Assembly (NCBI GenBank): GCA_965206645.1
Contig: CBDBKE010000003.1
Location: forward strand, 32,001 to 96,000
Length of the DNA stretch: 64,000 nt
Direction: 5' to 3'
DNA from: Terriglobia bacterium
Lineage (GTDB): Bacteria; Acidobacteriota; Terriglobia; JAJPHL01; JAPKYU01
The notes under the pieces were generated by a model. It worked only from the letters and a program-made list of their open reading frames with translations, was not told the DNA's origin and searched no databases. Positions 11,237 through 22,939 of this stretch are shown piece after piece; the stretch's first letter is position 1; each line of letters starts with the position of its first letter. The position numbers and the translations under genes are program-made.

Positions 11237-11870
11237 TGGCAGCGAGTTCGTCGTCGAGTGGAAAGTAGGTGTCCTCCGCCGACCACTCGGCGAAGTGCTC
11301 ATAGGCGCGCTGTTCGTCGATGCCGCACGAAACCAGGTGGGCGGCCCATAGACGGTAGGACCGCGCGCGCGCCACCGGGTGTGCGCTGATGATCACGTCG
11401 GCGTTCACGAATACGCCGCCGGGGCGGAGCGCCCGGTAAATGCGTTCATATAGAGTGAGTTTGCGTTCCATGGTGGGGACGTGGTGCAGGGCCAGGGAAG
11501 TGGCCACGGCATCACATTCGGGGAGCAGAGCATCGAACGAACGGCGGCGGCAACGCGCGCGGGTTCCAAATCGCTTGAGCCGGATGCGCGCCTGGGCCAG
11601 CATCTCCGGATCTATGTCCACAGCTTCAACGGAACCGACGCATTCATGTTCCAGCACCGCTTCGGCCAAGGCACCCGTTCCCGCGCCGAGGTCAAGCACC
11701 AGGGTTGGGTGGGCACCGGCGATTTCGTTTGCGGCCCTGGTCAATCCTTCTTCGTAGCCTGGGATGAACTTGCGGATGGTATCGTCGTAGGCATCAATCT
11801 CAAGGCGAAGATGACTGCGGACGGAGTGGCTCATAATTTGATCGTAGGCCGATGGTTCATAAACGCTCAC
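11237..11870 (-). pseudogene. Class I SAM-dependent methyltransferase, C-terminally truncated by IS6
   Basis: VLDLGAGTG motif I, SLALHHV, LRPGGVFVNAD; frame runs into the IS6 IR. Confidence 0.8.
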
Positions 11871-12084
11871 GTGCAGAACTTCTTTGCATCATCAAGTGGC
11901 ACTGGTGCATGAATCGGCATAAGCAAGCACGCTGGAAACGCTTGTGAAACTGCAGGTTGGCTTATTCCAGGCTTGTTCTGGCTTAACCAAACGCAGACTG
12001 AGCCGCCCGCAATTCATATTCAGCGTAATGTAAAGCAGGCTCTGTTCAACCATCAAGACGTGTCAGGCTCACTTGTGAAGGTTC

Positions 12085-12118
12085 GGAGAGCGGCGGGTAC
12101 CGGCCCCGCCGCTCTCCG
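12085..12118 (-). terminator. GC-rich hairpin downstream of the 12133-12381 gene
   Basis: GGAGAGCGGCGGG ... CCCGCCGCTCTCC inverted repeat; no clear U tract. Confidence 0.5.
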
Positions 12119-12132
12119 ATGCCTGCCGCACA

Positions 12133-12381
12133 CTAGGACTCCGCCTCCGGCTGTTCTTCCTGCTGAAGCTCGAAGATGCGCGAGCGGGCCTGATCGGCCA
12201 CTTTCGCCAGCACCAACAGGTCGTTGCGACCGAAGCTCTGCGTCCTCCTCCATGCATCGCCGTCCTTGTAGAGACGGGAGAAGGTGACATTGTGCCTCGT
12301 TCGGCCTCCGGTTTCGTTCGACCAAACGGTAGCCTTGACGCGACCGATACGGACTTCAGCAACGGGTTTGGAGTTAGCCAT
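12133..12381 (-). CDS. Small mobile-element-associated protein (possible PC4-like ssDNA-binding fold); paralog of 35063-35314
   Basis: RBS CAGGAGG; RIGRVKATVW...RLYKDGDAW...SFGRNDLLVLAKVAD shared with the paralog. Fold is inference. Confidence 0.7.
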   Translation of the reverse strand: MANSKPVAEVRIGRVKATVWSNETGGRTRHNVTFSRLYKDGDAWRRTQSFGRNDLLVLAKVADQARSRIFELQQEEQPEAES

Positions 12382-12544
12382 GATCTGTTTCCTCCTGTGA
12401 AGTTAAGGGTTTGTGAGCGTTTCCGCTCACCCCCGAATGGCGGAAACGGCCAAACCCTGACACGGGAGGAACAGCGCCACCGAAGCCGGTGACGGGCAGA
12501 GCCGACAAGGGCAACGGCGAGTGCCAGACGCCGGAAGGCGAGGG

Positions 12545-13824
12545 TGACCTGCCTGGCGATTTCCGGACCAGCTGAAGCCTGAGAGAATGGCGCCCTCGGA
12601 GAAACGAGGGAGCCATGAAGAAGACCCGGTTTACCGAAGAGCAGATGGTGACGATCCTCCGCGAGGCCGATCAGCGGCCCGTTCCGGAGGTGGCCAAAAA
12701 GAACGGCGTCAGCGCCCAGACGCTCTACGCCTGGCGGAAACACTTCGGCACGTTGGAGCCCGCCGATGTGAAGCGGCTGCGGCAGCTCGAGCAGGAGAAC
12801 GGCCGGCTGAAAAAGATGGTGGCCGATCGAGATCTGGAGATCGACGTGCTCAAGGAGATCACCCGAAAAAAATGGTAGGCGCACGCGTGCGCCGGCCGCA
12901 GGTCGCGTATGCACGTGCACGCGGTCTGTCGGGTCGCCGCGCGTGCGCCTTGCTCTCCGTCGCACGGTCCACGCTGGGCTACCAGTCGCGGCTGGTCGAC
13001 CGGGATGCCCCGGCGCTGGCCGCGATGCGTCGTCTGGCGGCGCAGTATCCGCGGTACGGCTATCGCCGGATTCGGATTTTCCTAAAACGCGAAGGGCACA
13101 CGATGAGCACGGACCGGACCCATCGCCTCTGGCGCCAGGCGGGGTTGCAGGTGCCTCGGCGGCGGCCGCGGCGCCGGGTCGCCCTGAGCCGGCCCCGCCC
13201 GGTGCCCGCCACTGCGGTCAATCACGTCTGGGCGTACGACTTCGTGTTCGACACCTGCGCGAATGGGCAGACGCTCAAGTGCCTCACCGTCGTCGACGAA
13301 TGGACCCGCGAGTCACTCGCGATCGACGTGGCCGGCGGCATTCGGTCCGGGCGCGTTATCGAGGTGCTCACGCAGCTCGTGAGCGTCCACGGAGCCCCAC
13401 GTTACCTCCGGTCCGACAACGGCCCCGAGTTTGTTGCGGGTGCGATTCTCCGGTGGCTGCTCCAGGCGCAGATCGAAACCGCGCTCATCGAGCCGGGGAA
13501 GCCGTGGCAGAATGCGACCGACGAATCGTTCAACGGGAAGTTCCGCGACGAGTATCTGAGCCTGCAGTGGTTTCGGAACCGCGTGGACGCGAAGGTGGGG
13601 ATCGAGCAATGGCGACGGCACTACAACGACGTGCGACCGCACTCGAGCCTTGGCTATCTGACGCCAGCCGAGTTCAAAGCGCAGCTCCGTGCTGGCTCGG
13701 ATGACGGTGGGCGCTCGCCGGCGATGCCGGCTCACGCTGACCAAGAAGAACACGAGAGCGACTTAACCATGCCGACTGGCGCTGTTCTCCAGTAATCGGT
13801 GGTCCGAAGAAAGCCGGCAGGTCA
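12545..13824 (+). mobile_element. IS3-family element type B, complete (orfA 12615-12878; orfB to 13795)
   Basis: TGACCTGCC...GGCAGGTCA ends; 4-bp TSD AGGG; A7 frameshift window; WAYDFVFD, SDNGPEF, ESFNGKFRDE. Confidence 0.95.
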
Positions 13825-14110
13825 AGGGGACCCGTTCTGGCGCAAGCCGTGCGTCGGAACCAACCGGAACCGGTGAAGGCCAGCGGCAAATGGCGCAACC
13901 CCATACCCGGCTTCCGGTCGGAGGCGGCGAGCCCGATTGGGGAATTGCAACCGGGACGGGGTACCTGGAACCGGACGCGCCATGCTCCGGCGAATGGAAC
14001 GCAGAGCGATGGGAATGGCAGGATAGATTCTTGCCAAACTGAACGGTGTTGGCCCACAAGCTTCATTTCAGCAGGAAGCCTCGCCAGGATAACACGCGCA
14101 TCAGCGAGGG

Positions 14111-16720
14111 TGTCCATTGCGAATTGATATGTTGAGCGATTCTACCCGTGACCGCTGCCCCAGTGAGGCGAGTGCACACTGGCGGAGTACCCTCGGTAGC
14201 AGCGAAACAATCAGATCAGACAACCGCTCCGCGTTGACAAGCTAAAACAGCGAATGGTTTCGTAGGAAGTGCCCGCCTGCCGATGTCCGCCGGTTACCAC
14301 AGGGAGCACCAGTCTTTGGAGAATCAGGCAGTCATTGGGGTGTGATAGAGGCCTCTGCAGTGGCGTTGCCATCCATAGGAATGGAGCCTGGCGACTGGTC
14401 GTGGTATAGGCGTGACTGGATCAGGCGTTCTCCCTTCCAGTCCAGTGTGCGAGCGATACGCATTGAAATATGTCCTGAAATCGAGCAGCTTGTTCTCCAG
14501 GTCCGCCGTCGTCCAGAACAACCTGCGATCCAAATACTCGCGTCGAATCGTGCCGATCAACCGTTCCACAAAGGGATGGGACAGGGGAACATAGGGGACG
14601 GTTTTGATTTCGATTACCTCCAGGATCCGCAGATTGGCTTGCCACTGCCCAAACCGATACAGGGGATCATGGTCGGAGCTGAGGTAGTTGAGCATACAGG
14701 GTTGCCATCGAATGGCGCGGTTGAACATGCGGCAAAGTGCCACGCCATTGACGGTTCCGGCGTGGACGCCGAACCCAATGATCCGGCGGGTGTATTGATC
14801 CATGACGACCAAGTGACCTGACCGGCACTTTTTGTACCAAGTGGAAAGAGAGAGAATCCACTTGAGGAGGAAGTGAGGTCATGCCGACAAGGAGTTACAA
14901 GCCGGAGCAGATTGTAGCGGTGCTACGGCAGATAGAAGTGCAGATGGGGAACGGGAAGACTGCGCCCCAAGCCTGCAAAGAAGCTGGAATCCACACCCAA
15001 ACCTACTACCGGTGGCGGAAGGAATACGGCGGGCTGAAGGTGGTGCAGGCAAAACGGCTGAAGGAGTTGGAGAAGGAAAACACGCGGCTGAAGCGGTTGG
15101 TAGCGGAGCTTTCTCTGGAGAAGCAGGTGCTGCGGGATGTGGCACAGGGAAACTTCTGAGCCCTGAGCGGCGGCGTTGTGCGGTGGAGCGTGCGTGGGAG
15201 CAACACGGGTTGTCGGAACGGCATGCCTGCCGGCTGCTGGGGCAATGGCGAGGGACACAACGATACGAGCCGATTCATCGGGTGGACGAGGATGCTCTGA
15301 CCCGAGCGATCATTGCCCTGGGAGCGAAGTACGGGCGATATGGCTACCGGAGGATCACAGCGTTGCTGCGGAGTGCGGGCTGGGAAGTGGGCAAGGACCG
15401 GGTGCAGCGGATTTGGCGGCGGGAAGGGCTGAAAGTGCCGCAAAAACAAAGGCCGCGAGGACGGCTGTGGCTGAACGACGGTTCCTGTGTACGACTGAGG
15501 CCGGAGCGACCGAACCACGTGTGGAGCTACGACTTCATGAGTGCCAGAACGCACGAGGGGAGAACGCTGCGGCTGCTGACCTTGCTGGATGAGTACACGC
15601 GGGAATGCCTGGCGATCCGGGTGGAGCGGAGAATGGGCAGCCAACAAATCATTGAGGCGTTGTCGGACGTGATGTTGTGGCGAGGGATACCGGAACAGAT
15701 TCGATCCGACAATGGTCCCGAGTTCATCGCCAAACAACTGCGCCAGTGGTTGGCAAATCTAGGGACCGGGACACTGTACATCGAACCGGGCAGTCCCTGG
15801 GAGAACGGGTACTGCGAGAGTTTCAATGGGAAGCTGCGGGACGAATGCCTGAATGGAGAGATCTTCTACTCGTTGAAGGAGGCACAGGTGGTGATTGAAC
15901 AGTGGAGGGTGCAATACAACACGGTGCGGCCGCACTCGGCGCTCGGCTATAGGCCCCCGGCGCCGGGGGCCTATAGCCCTCCCCTGCCACTGAAACCAGT
16001 TTCACAGCCCCAGGCTGCGATGTAAACTCTCACTACGGTTGGTACAAAAAATCGGTCTGGTCAGTCCGCAACGTGGCCGATTCGCACCGGAACAGATCTA
16101 TACTCCAGAGGCTGTCCTTCATGTGGCCAATGAGGGTCAGCCAGGATGGACCACCGGAGTCCTTTTTCGGCCGATAGTGGCTGGCGAGAATCCTTCGAAC
16201 AACGTCTTTGTCGATGAGGATGTCGAAAGCCAAGGCAATCTGCTGAGCGATTCGCGGGCAGCCCCAGGCGGGATTGCGCTGCTTCATCTGGACAACAGCG
16301 TCGATGAGTTCTTTGTTGGGTCCGTTTGGTCCGGGCTTACGCCGGTGCTTGGATGAAAAGAGCAGGCAATATTTTCGGTTCCTCAGAGCCCGGTGGAGGC
16401 CCAAAAGAGTCGAAGGCTTCAGCACGATTGCTGAGCGGATCAGGCGGGCGGGGCGGATGAGGAGAGCACACAGGCCGGCGGCGAGGCGATCTGAAGTGCG
16501 TAGATTGGGAGATCGCTGTCGCGAACGATTGAGGATCAGGAGTTGTTGCTTGACAAGAACGGACTCGGCGATCACAGAGCGAATGCCACCCGGACCCAAG
16601 AGCCGGGCAAGAGTAGCCATGACATGGACAACAAGGATAACGAGATTGCGCATCTCAGCATCTTAGCAAGAACCGCTAAACCCAGGAATTAGGCCGTAAA
16701 CTAGCAATTCGCCAGGGACA
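14111..16720 (-). mobile_element. IS481-like integrase-core element, copy A, interrupted by IS3
   Basis: Ends TGTCCATTGCGAATTG / CAATTCGCCAGGGACA; transposase halves 16064-16653 and 14324-14813 match the intact copy at 41901-42989. Family label is tentative. Confidence 0.8.
14814..16063 (+). mobile_element. IS3-family element type A, complete, 1250 bp (orfA 14881-15159; orfB to 16025)
   Basis: IRL TGACCTGACCGGCACTTTTTGTACCAA, IRR TTGGTACAAAAAATCGGTCTGGTCA; GGGAAAC slippery heptamer; DDE motifs WSYDFM, SDNGPEF, ESFNG. Confidence 0.95.
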
Positions 16721-16769
16721 TCTTGAGTTCTCCAAGCGCGCGCTCTGTTAGCAGCGCCGCCGCAACGTG

Positions 16770-17039
16770 TCATGCAGCCGATTTCTCCTGGCGCAAACGC
16801 TCTTGTGCCAGTTCGTAATGCGCCTGGCGCCGTACCCAGAAAGCAGCGTTGCTCCAGCCGATGCGCTCCAACGCCAGCGCCATAGCTGGCGATATGCCGC
16901 CGCGCCCGTTCAGCACCCGTGAGAATGTTTGCCGGGTACAGCCCAGTTTCGCGGACGCCTCGGTCACGGTCCATCTCTCCGCGGCCATCGCGTCCCGGAG
17001 GCTCTCGCCTGGGTGCGCTGGATCGTACATCATCGTCAT
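16770..17039 (-). CDS. higA: HigA-family antitoxin
   Basis: PAHPGESLRD...HTH...GISPAMALAL..W; RBS AGGAGG. Confidence 0.85.
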   Translation of the reverse strand: MTMMYDPAHPGESLRDAMAAERWTVTEASAKLGCTRQTFSRVLNGRGGISPAMALALERIGWSNAAFWVRRQAHYELAQERLRQEKSAA

Positions 17040-17049
17040 TGTTCGCCTC

Positions 17050-17322
17050 CTAGTGGTAATCAATCAGGCCCACGTCCACTGCCACGCCGTCCACGAAGCG
17101 GAAGACGATGCGCCAGTTCCCGGATACGCGTACGCTCCATTGGTCGCGCCGGTTGCCAGTCAGCGGGTGCAGCCGATAGCCGGGAATGTCCATGTCCCCC
17201 GACCGTAGCGCAGCGTCCAGGTCCGACAAGATGCGCCGAATACGCGGGGCCAGTGCCGCAGGGATTCGGCGTGCGTCACCCCGCTCGAAGAATGCCCGCA
17301 GTCCCTTGTGCTTGATGACTAT
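17050..17322 (-). CDS. higB: HigB (plasmid maintenance killer, RelE fold) toxin, not in the ORF track
   Basis: Manual translation: IKHKGLRAFFERGD...PGYRLHPLTGNRRDQWSVRVSGNWRIVFRF...IDYH*; only a non-canonical ATA/ATC start is available. Confidence 0.85.
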   Translation of the reverse strand: MVIKHKGLRAFFERGDARRIPAALAPRIRRILSDLDAALRSGDMDIPGYRLHPLTGNRRDQWSVRVSGNWRIVFRFVDGVAVDVGLIDYH

Positions 17323-17389
17323 AACGAGTTATCGTAACATGGAATATGTCATATTGCAATCTGTCGGAATAGACGATAGTCGGCGACCA

Positions 17390-18318
17390 ATGATCGAGCA
17401 CTTGGAGGCCGGGAGCGAAAGCTGGAAACGCTCGGCTGGACGGGCCGGGAAGCGGAGTGGATCGCGCTTGTCTGTCTCCATAGCGGGGTTTTTATCCGGC
17501 CTCAATTTTGTCACTACTTCAACACGGATCGAAAACAGGCTCTCCGGGTTGTCAGGGCATTGGTGGCGCGGCGGGCTGGCATCGAAGGGGATTCAATGAT
17601 GTTTCCCGGTGGCGCTCGATTGTGCCGGATTTCGAACATGGCGATCTGCCGGGCGCTCGGTGTCGAGAATATCCGGCATCGGCGGAAGGCCCGGAACTCT
17701 GTTCTGATGCGCCGGCTCCTGTCGCTTGATTTTGTCCTGGAACATCCAGGGTTGAACTGGCTTCCCACCGAACCGGAGAAGGTCGAGTTTTTTGAAGGGC
17801 TCGGCATTTCTTCCCGCTTGGTTCCCCGCCGGATTTACTACGGAGACGATGGCGCGAAGAACCGCTACTTTACGCTCAAGCTCCCCATCGCGGGGGGCGC
17901 TGAAACTGTCACCTTTGCCTATGTCGATCCAGGCCGGGAGAGCACCGGTGAACTCAACACATGGGGAGCCGCGCATGTTCCGCTTTGGGATGCGATCCGC
18001 GCCAAGGGACGACAGGTCCGAGTGGTTGCCATTGCCGCCGAACATGAACCCATTGAGCGGGCGGATCGGGTGCTAAGGGCATGGGCGGCGGCACCGGAGA
18101 AGGATGGAACCGGCATGTCGGTGAAGCAGGAGATCGCGGCGATCAAAGATGGGATGCTGCGGGGCGATCACGAATTTTTGGAGCAGCGGGGAGGGTGGCA
18201 CCCGGCCAGGGAGCGGTGGTTCGAGCTTGAAAAACTCCCGGAGGCTAACCTGGCGGAAGGGGTTAAGATTGACGAGTGTTCGACGTACCGGGCAACCCGG
18301 TTTGCGGTCCCGGTATGA
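17390..18318 (+). pseudogene. Plasmid-like hypothetical protein with a frameshift near 17405
   Basis: MIEHL then, in another frame, RERKLETLGWTGREAEWIALVCLHSGVF..., which is continuous with ORF 17560-18318. Confidence 0.6.
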
Positions 18319-19114
18319 GGGGCCATATATATCAAATGCTATATAAATCAATACTCCGCGAGAAGGTGCGCCCGGAGAGGCTAAATCGAGGGGTTTTTCT
18401 TGCCACAAGTGACCGCTTATTTTTTGTTACAGGGACAAAGGGGGGGGTGTGACAAGATTCGGGACGAAGGTGTGACAAAGCCCTATTCCCATATCTCTCT
18501 CAGTCTGTTGTGGTTATACCATACTCATCGACCCCCGCTGTGCCGAGCAAGGAAAAAAAAGGGGGACGATAGCGACCCCCCTCAAAAGTAGGGGGTCATG
18601 CGGCCCCGCGTAGGCGTGCAATGTGGCACGCCTTCCCGGGGCTCCCAGGGGGTCGCTATCGTCCTCATTGATCCCTGCGGGAAGGCTCGGAGCAGCCCCC
18701 CCGGCGGGGGCGATGAAAGAAGGGAAACGGACTCTATGAAATGGCGGTTGCGCCAGTGGGCAAGAACCCCCTTTTCCCTCTCCCTTGGATGATTCCAGAT
18801 CGGTCCTCGCCGTCAAGGGTCCGCTTTCGCCGCTTCGCGCCCTGGACTGCTGCGGGCCGATCCGAAGGGGATGGCTGTTTATGAGGGAAAAGGGGGGTAA
18901 GAGCTTTTTCCGCTGCCTGCCGCTGGCCCTTGTTTCGCCGTGGTTTGCCGTAAGTTTTTTGTTTTCAGTTTTTACCCATAAGGAAGGTTTTGGTTTTGCC
19001 TTTTGCGGGGGGCGTTAGCCCCTCTCTTGGGTGGTTTATCTTTTGTTTTCAGCGAGTTACCCACAGCCGTAGCCGCTCCTACTACTTGTTCTTTAACTAC
19101 TTGTCTTACGACTT

Positions 19115-19170
19115 GTATGGGTAGCCGGTATATGCGGAAAACCCAGTGGTATGGGTAGCCGGTATATGCG
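19115..19170. repeat. 22-bp direct repeat x2 (iteron-like)
   Basis: GTATGGGTAGCCGGTATATGCG at 19115-19136 and 19149-19170. Confidence 0.8.
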
Positions 19171-19236
19171 TGGCCCCCCCCCTGGATCACCGGCACCTGT
19201 GCAAAACTTCGCAGCGATTGAGCTTGTAGGCCGCCC

Positions 19237-19712
19237 TGACCTGACCGGCACTTTTTGTACCAAGTGGAAAGAGAGAGAATCCACTTGAGGAGGAAGTGAG
19301 GTCATGCCGACAAGGAGTTACAAGCCGGAGCAGATTGTAGCGGTGCTACGGCAGATAGAAGTGCAGATGGGGAACGGGAAGACTGCGCCCCAAGCCTGCA
19401 AAGAAGCTGGAATCCACACCCAAACCTACTACCGGTGGCGGAAGGAATACGGCGGGCTGAAGGTGGTGCAGGCAAAACGGCTAAAGGAGTTGGAGAAGGA
19501 AAACACGCGGCTGAAGCGGTTGGTAGCGGAGCTTTCTCTGGAGAAGCAGGTGCTGCGGGATGTGGCACAGGGAAACTTCTGAGCCTGAGCGGCGGCGTTG
19601 TGCGGTGGAGCGTGCGTGGGAGCAACACGGGTTGTCGGAACGGCATGCCTGCCGGCTGCTGGGGCAATGGCGAGGGACACAACGATACGAGCCGATTCAT
19701 CGGGTGGACGAC
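19237..19712 (+). mobile_element. IS3 type A, left-end fragment (orfA 19304-19582)
   Basis: Near-identical to 14814 onward; cut by an inverted copy of itself. Confidence 0.9.
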
Positions 19713-20962
19713 TGACCAGACCGATTTTTTGTACCAACCGTAGTGAGAGTTTACATCGCAGCCTGGGGCTGTGAAACTGGTTTCAGTGGCAGGGGAGGGC
19801 TATAGGCCCCCGGCGCCGGGGGCCTATAGCCGAGCGCCGAGTGCGGCCGCACCGTGTTGTATTGCACCCTCCACTGTTCAATCACCACCTGTGCCTCCTT
19901 CAACGAGTAGAAGATCTCTCCATTCAGGCATTCGTCCCGCAGCTTCCCATTGAAACTCTCGCAGTACCCGTTCTCCCAGGGACTGCCCGGTTCGATGTAC
20001 AGTGTCCCGGTCCCTAGATTTGCCAACCACTGGCGCAGTTGTTTGGCGATGAACTCGGGACCATTGTCGGATCGAATCTGTTCCGGTATCCCTCGCCACA
20101 ACATCACGTCCGACAACGCCTCAATGATTTGTTGGCTGCCCATCCTCCGCTCCACCCGGATCGCCAGGCATTCCCGCGTGTACTCATCCAGCAAGGTCAG
20201 CAGCCGCAGCGTTCTCCCCTCGTGCGTTCTGGCACTCATGAAGTCGTAGCTCCACACGTGGTTCGGTCGCTCCGGCCTCAGTCGTACACAGGAACCGTCG
20301 TTCAGCCACAGCCGTCCTCGCGGCCTTTGTTTTTGCGGCACTTTCAGCCCTTCCCGCCGCCAAATCCGCTGCACCCGGTCCTTGCCCACTTCCCAGCCCG
20401 CACTCCGCAGCAACGCTGTGATCCTCCGGTAGCCATATCGCCCGTACTTCGCTCCCAGGGCAATGATCGCTCGGGTCAGAGCATCCTCGTCCACCCAATG
20501 AATCGGCTCGTATCGTTGTGTCCCTCGCCATTGCCCCAGCAGCCGGCAGGCATGCCGTTCCGACAACCCGTGTTGCTCCCACGCACGCTCCACCGCACAA
20601 CGCCGCCGCTCAGGGCTCAGAAGTTTCCCTGTGCCACATCCCGCAGTACCTGCTTCTCCAGAGAAAGCTCCGCTACCAACCGCTTCAGCCGCGTGTTTTC
20701 CTTCTCCAACTCCTTTAGCCGTTTTGCCTGCACCACCTTCAGCCCGCCGTATTCCTTCCGCCACCGGTAGTAGGTTTGGGTGTGGATTCCAGCTTCTTTG
20801 CAGGCTTGGGGCGCAGTCTTCCCGTTCCCCATCTGTACTTCTATCTGCCGTAGCACCGCTACAATCTGCTCCGGCTTGTAACTCCTTGTCGGCATGACCT
20901 CACTTCCTCCTCAAGTGGATTCTCTCTCTTTCCACTTGGTACAAAAAGTGCCGGTCAGGTCA
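19713..20962 (-). mobile_element. IS3 type A, complete inverted copy (orfA 20617-20895; orfB to 19751)
   Basis: 1250 bp, both IRs present, near-identical to 14814-16063. Confidence 0.95.
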
Positions 20963-21468
20963 GATGGACCTGACTGCGAGCAACGTCCACGACGCCCGAA
21001 GGCTCTCTTCGTTGCTGTCTAAGACTCCTGGTTCGATCGGGCAAGTCTCCGCAGACCGGGCCTACGACACGGGTTCCTGCTACGAGGCCGTGCTCCAGCA
21101 CGACGCTATCGTGACGATCTTGCCGCGACGCAATGCACGATGCAGCCGAGACTCTCATCCGCCTCCGTGGCGTGCGATGCGTGATACCCATCTCCGGCGT
21201 ATTAGGACGCAGGGCCGTTATGAGTGGCGGAAGTCGAGTGGCTGCACTCGCCAGAGCGTGGCGGAGAATGCGGTCTCACGGTACAAGGCGATACTCGGGG
21301 TAAGCCTCTCGGCCCGCACGGTCAGGAACCAAAAAGTCGAAGCCGCGATCAAGTGCGCTGTGCTGAACCGGATGGCAGAGCTTGGAATGCCACGATCGGA
21401 GCGCGTGTGCTGAGGCGGATGAGCTTCTCGGCCCGGTTCGCCGCGAGCGCGAATTACGCAACAACGCC
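20963..21468 (+). mobile_element. IS5-family (IS903-like) 3' fragment
   Basis: Near-identical to 45233-45738; ends GCAACAACGCC. Confidence 0.9.
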
Positions 21469-21606
21469 ATGTGTTCCCCATATGTTGAGGTTCTCCCAAG
21501 CACGTTGACTTGCCTGGGAGTGGCGCGTAACATGGCCACCCCCAATGCGGCTAAGCCACGACCGAGCCCTCCAGGAAGGGCGGCTGCGGACGGAAGGAGG
21601 CAACCT

Positions 21607-22476
21607 ATGAGAAACTTTTCTTTGATCACACCCCTGGCTCTGCTTGTTCTCAGCACGGGCCTGGCAATGGCCCAGCAGGACTTCTCCAAAGTCGAAATCA
21701 AAGCTGCCCATGTGAGAGGCAATATTTACATGCTGAATGGGACAGGCGGAAACGTGGGGGTTTCGGTCGGCGCAGATGGGGTTCTCATCGTTGATAACAA
21801 GTTCGCCCCGTTGGCGGACAAAATCCGAGCGGCCCTGAACGATATTGGTGGCGGCAAACTCGAATTCATTCTTAATACTCACTTCCATGGTGATCACGTG
21901 GGCGGGAATCAGGCGTTTGGGCCGGAGGCTCTCATCATTGCCCATACCAATGTTCGAAAACGCTTGATGAGAGAACCAGAAGAAGCCTGGCCCGTCATTA
22001 CTTTCGATGAATCTCTGTCGGTTCACTTCAACGGAGAGGAAATCAAGCTGATCCACTTCCCTCATGGGCATACCGATGGCGATGCTGTCATGTTCTTCAC
22101 CGGATCCAATGTGGTCCACATGGGGGATGAGTTTTTTTACGAACGATTTCCGTTCGTCGATCTAAACAGTGGAGGAGACGTCGAGGGTCTCACCAAGAAT
22201 ATTGCGGCGGTGATCCGCCAAGTTCCTGCCGATGCGAAGATCATTCCGGGCCACGGCCCAGTTTCCACTCCGAATGATCTAAAAAACTACCATCGAATGC
22301 TGGTTGAGACAACTGCCGTCATTCGCCAGCGGATGGCTGCAGGGAAAGGTCTCTATCAAATCAAGGCAGAAGGTTTGCCCGAGAAATGGAAGCCGTGGGC
22401 CACTGGGTTTATTTCAACCGAGCGATGGATTGAGACGATTCACCGGAGTCTCTCTCGGAACTCGACCAACCAATGA
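21607..22476 (+). CDS. Secreted MBL-fold metallo-hydrolase (cyclase-like)
   Basis: RBS AAGGAGG; signal peptide; THFHGDH, GHTDGD, HMGD, IPGHG. Confidence 0.9.
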   Translation: MRNFSLITPLALLVLSTGLAMAQQDFSKVEIKAAHVRGNIYMLNGTGGNVGVSVGADGVLIVDNKFAPLADKIRAALNDIGGGKLEFILNTHFHGDHVGGNQAFGPEALIIAHTNVRKRLMREPEEAWPVITFDESLSVHFNGEEIKLIHFPHGHTDGDAVMFFTGSNVVHMGDEFFYERFPFVDLNSGGDVEGLTKNIAAVIRQVPADAKIIPGHGPVSTPNDLKNYHRMLVETTAVIRQRMAAGKGLYQIKAEGLPEKWKPWATGFISTERWIETIHRSLSRNSTNQ

Positions 22477-22808
22477 GCTGACATTCCCATTGTGGTGCAG
22501 AACCCCGCTAGTGACGCTACCGCCCGATTGCTTCGCAAGGTCCCGACAGCGCGCCTCACCAGCTTGCCCGGTCCTCAGGGTTGGAACGAAACCATCCTAG
22601 AAGTGGTGAACCAGCACCCTGTGTTGGCTAAATAACCTGCGGCGAGCAGAGTCACCAGACTACACATCAGCACTTTTTAGCTTGATGGCCGCTGCATGAG
22701 GAATTCGATGATCAGATCCATGTACTCATGCACAGCCAATCGCAGTTCATCTGCAAGGCGGCCGTGCAGCTTGATGTCCTGCGGCTGAGAGCTTGGTCTT
22801 TTCACGTA

Positions 22809-22939
22809 GGTACTGTCAAGTTAAGCAGTTTGGCGGCATTCTCGCCGCCCGCCGCCACCGCTAAGTCATTGATTCTCAGTCTCTGATCCAACAGAATCCT
22901 TCCGCAAAACGGGCAGATTCTGCTCAACTTGACAGTACC
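22809..22939 (+). mobile_element. 131-bp MITE with IS6-type ends, copy 1
   Basis: GGTACTGTCAAGTT(A/G)AGCAG 20-bp IR; four near-identical copies in the window. Confidence 0.9.
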
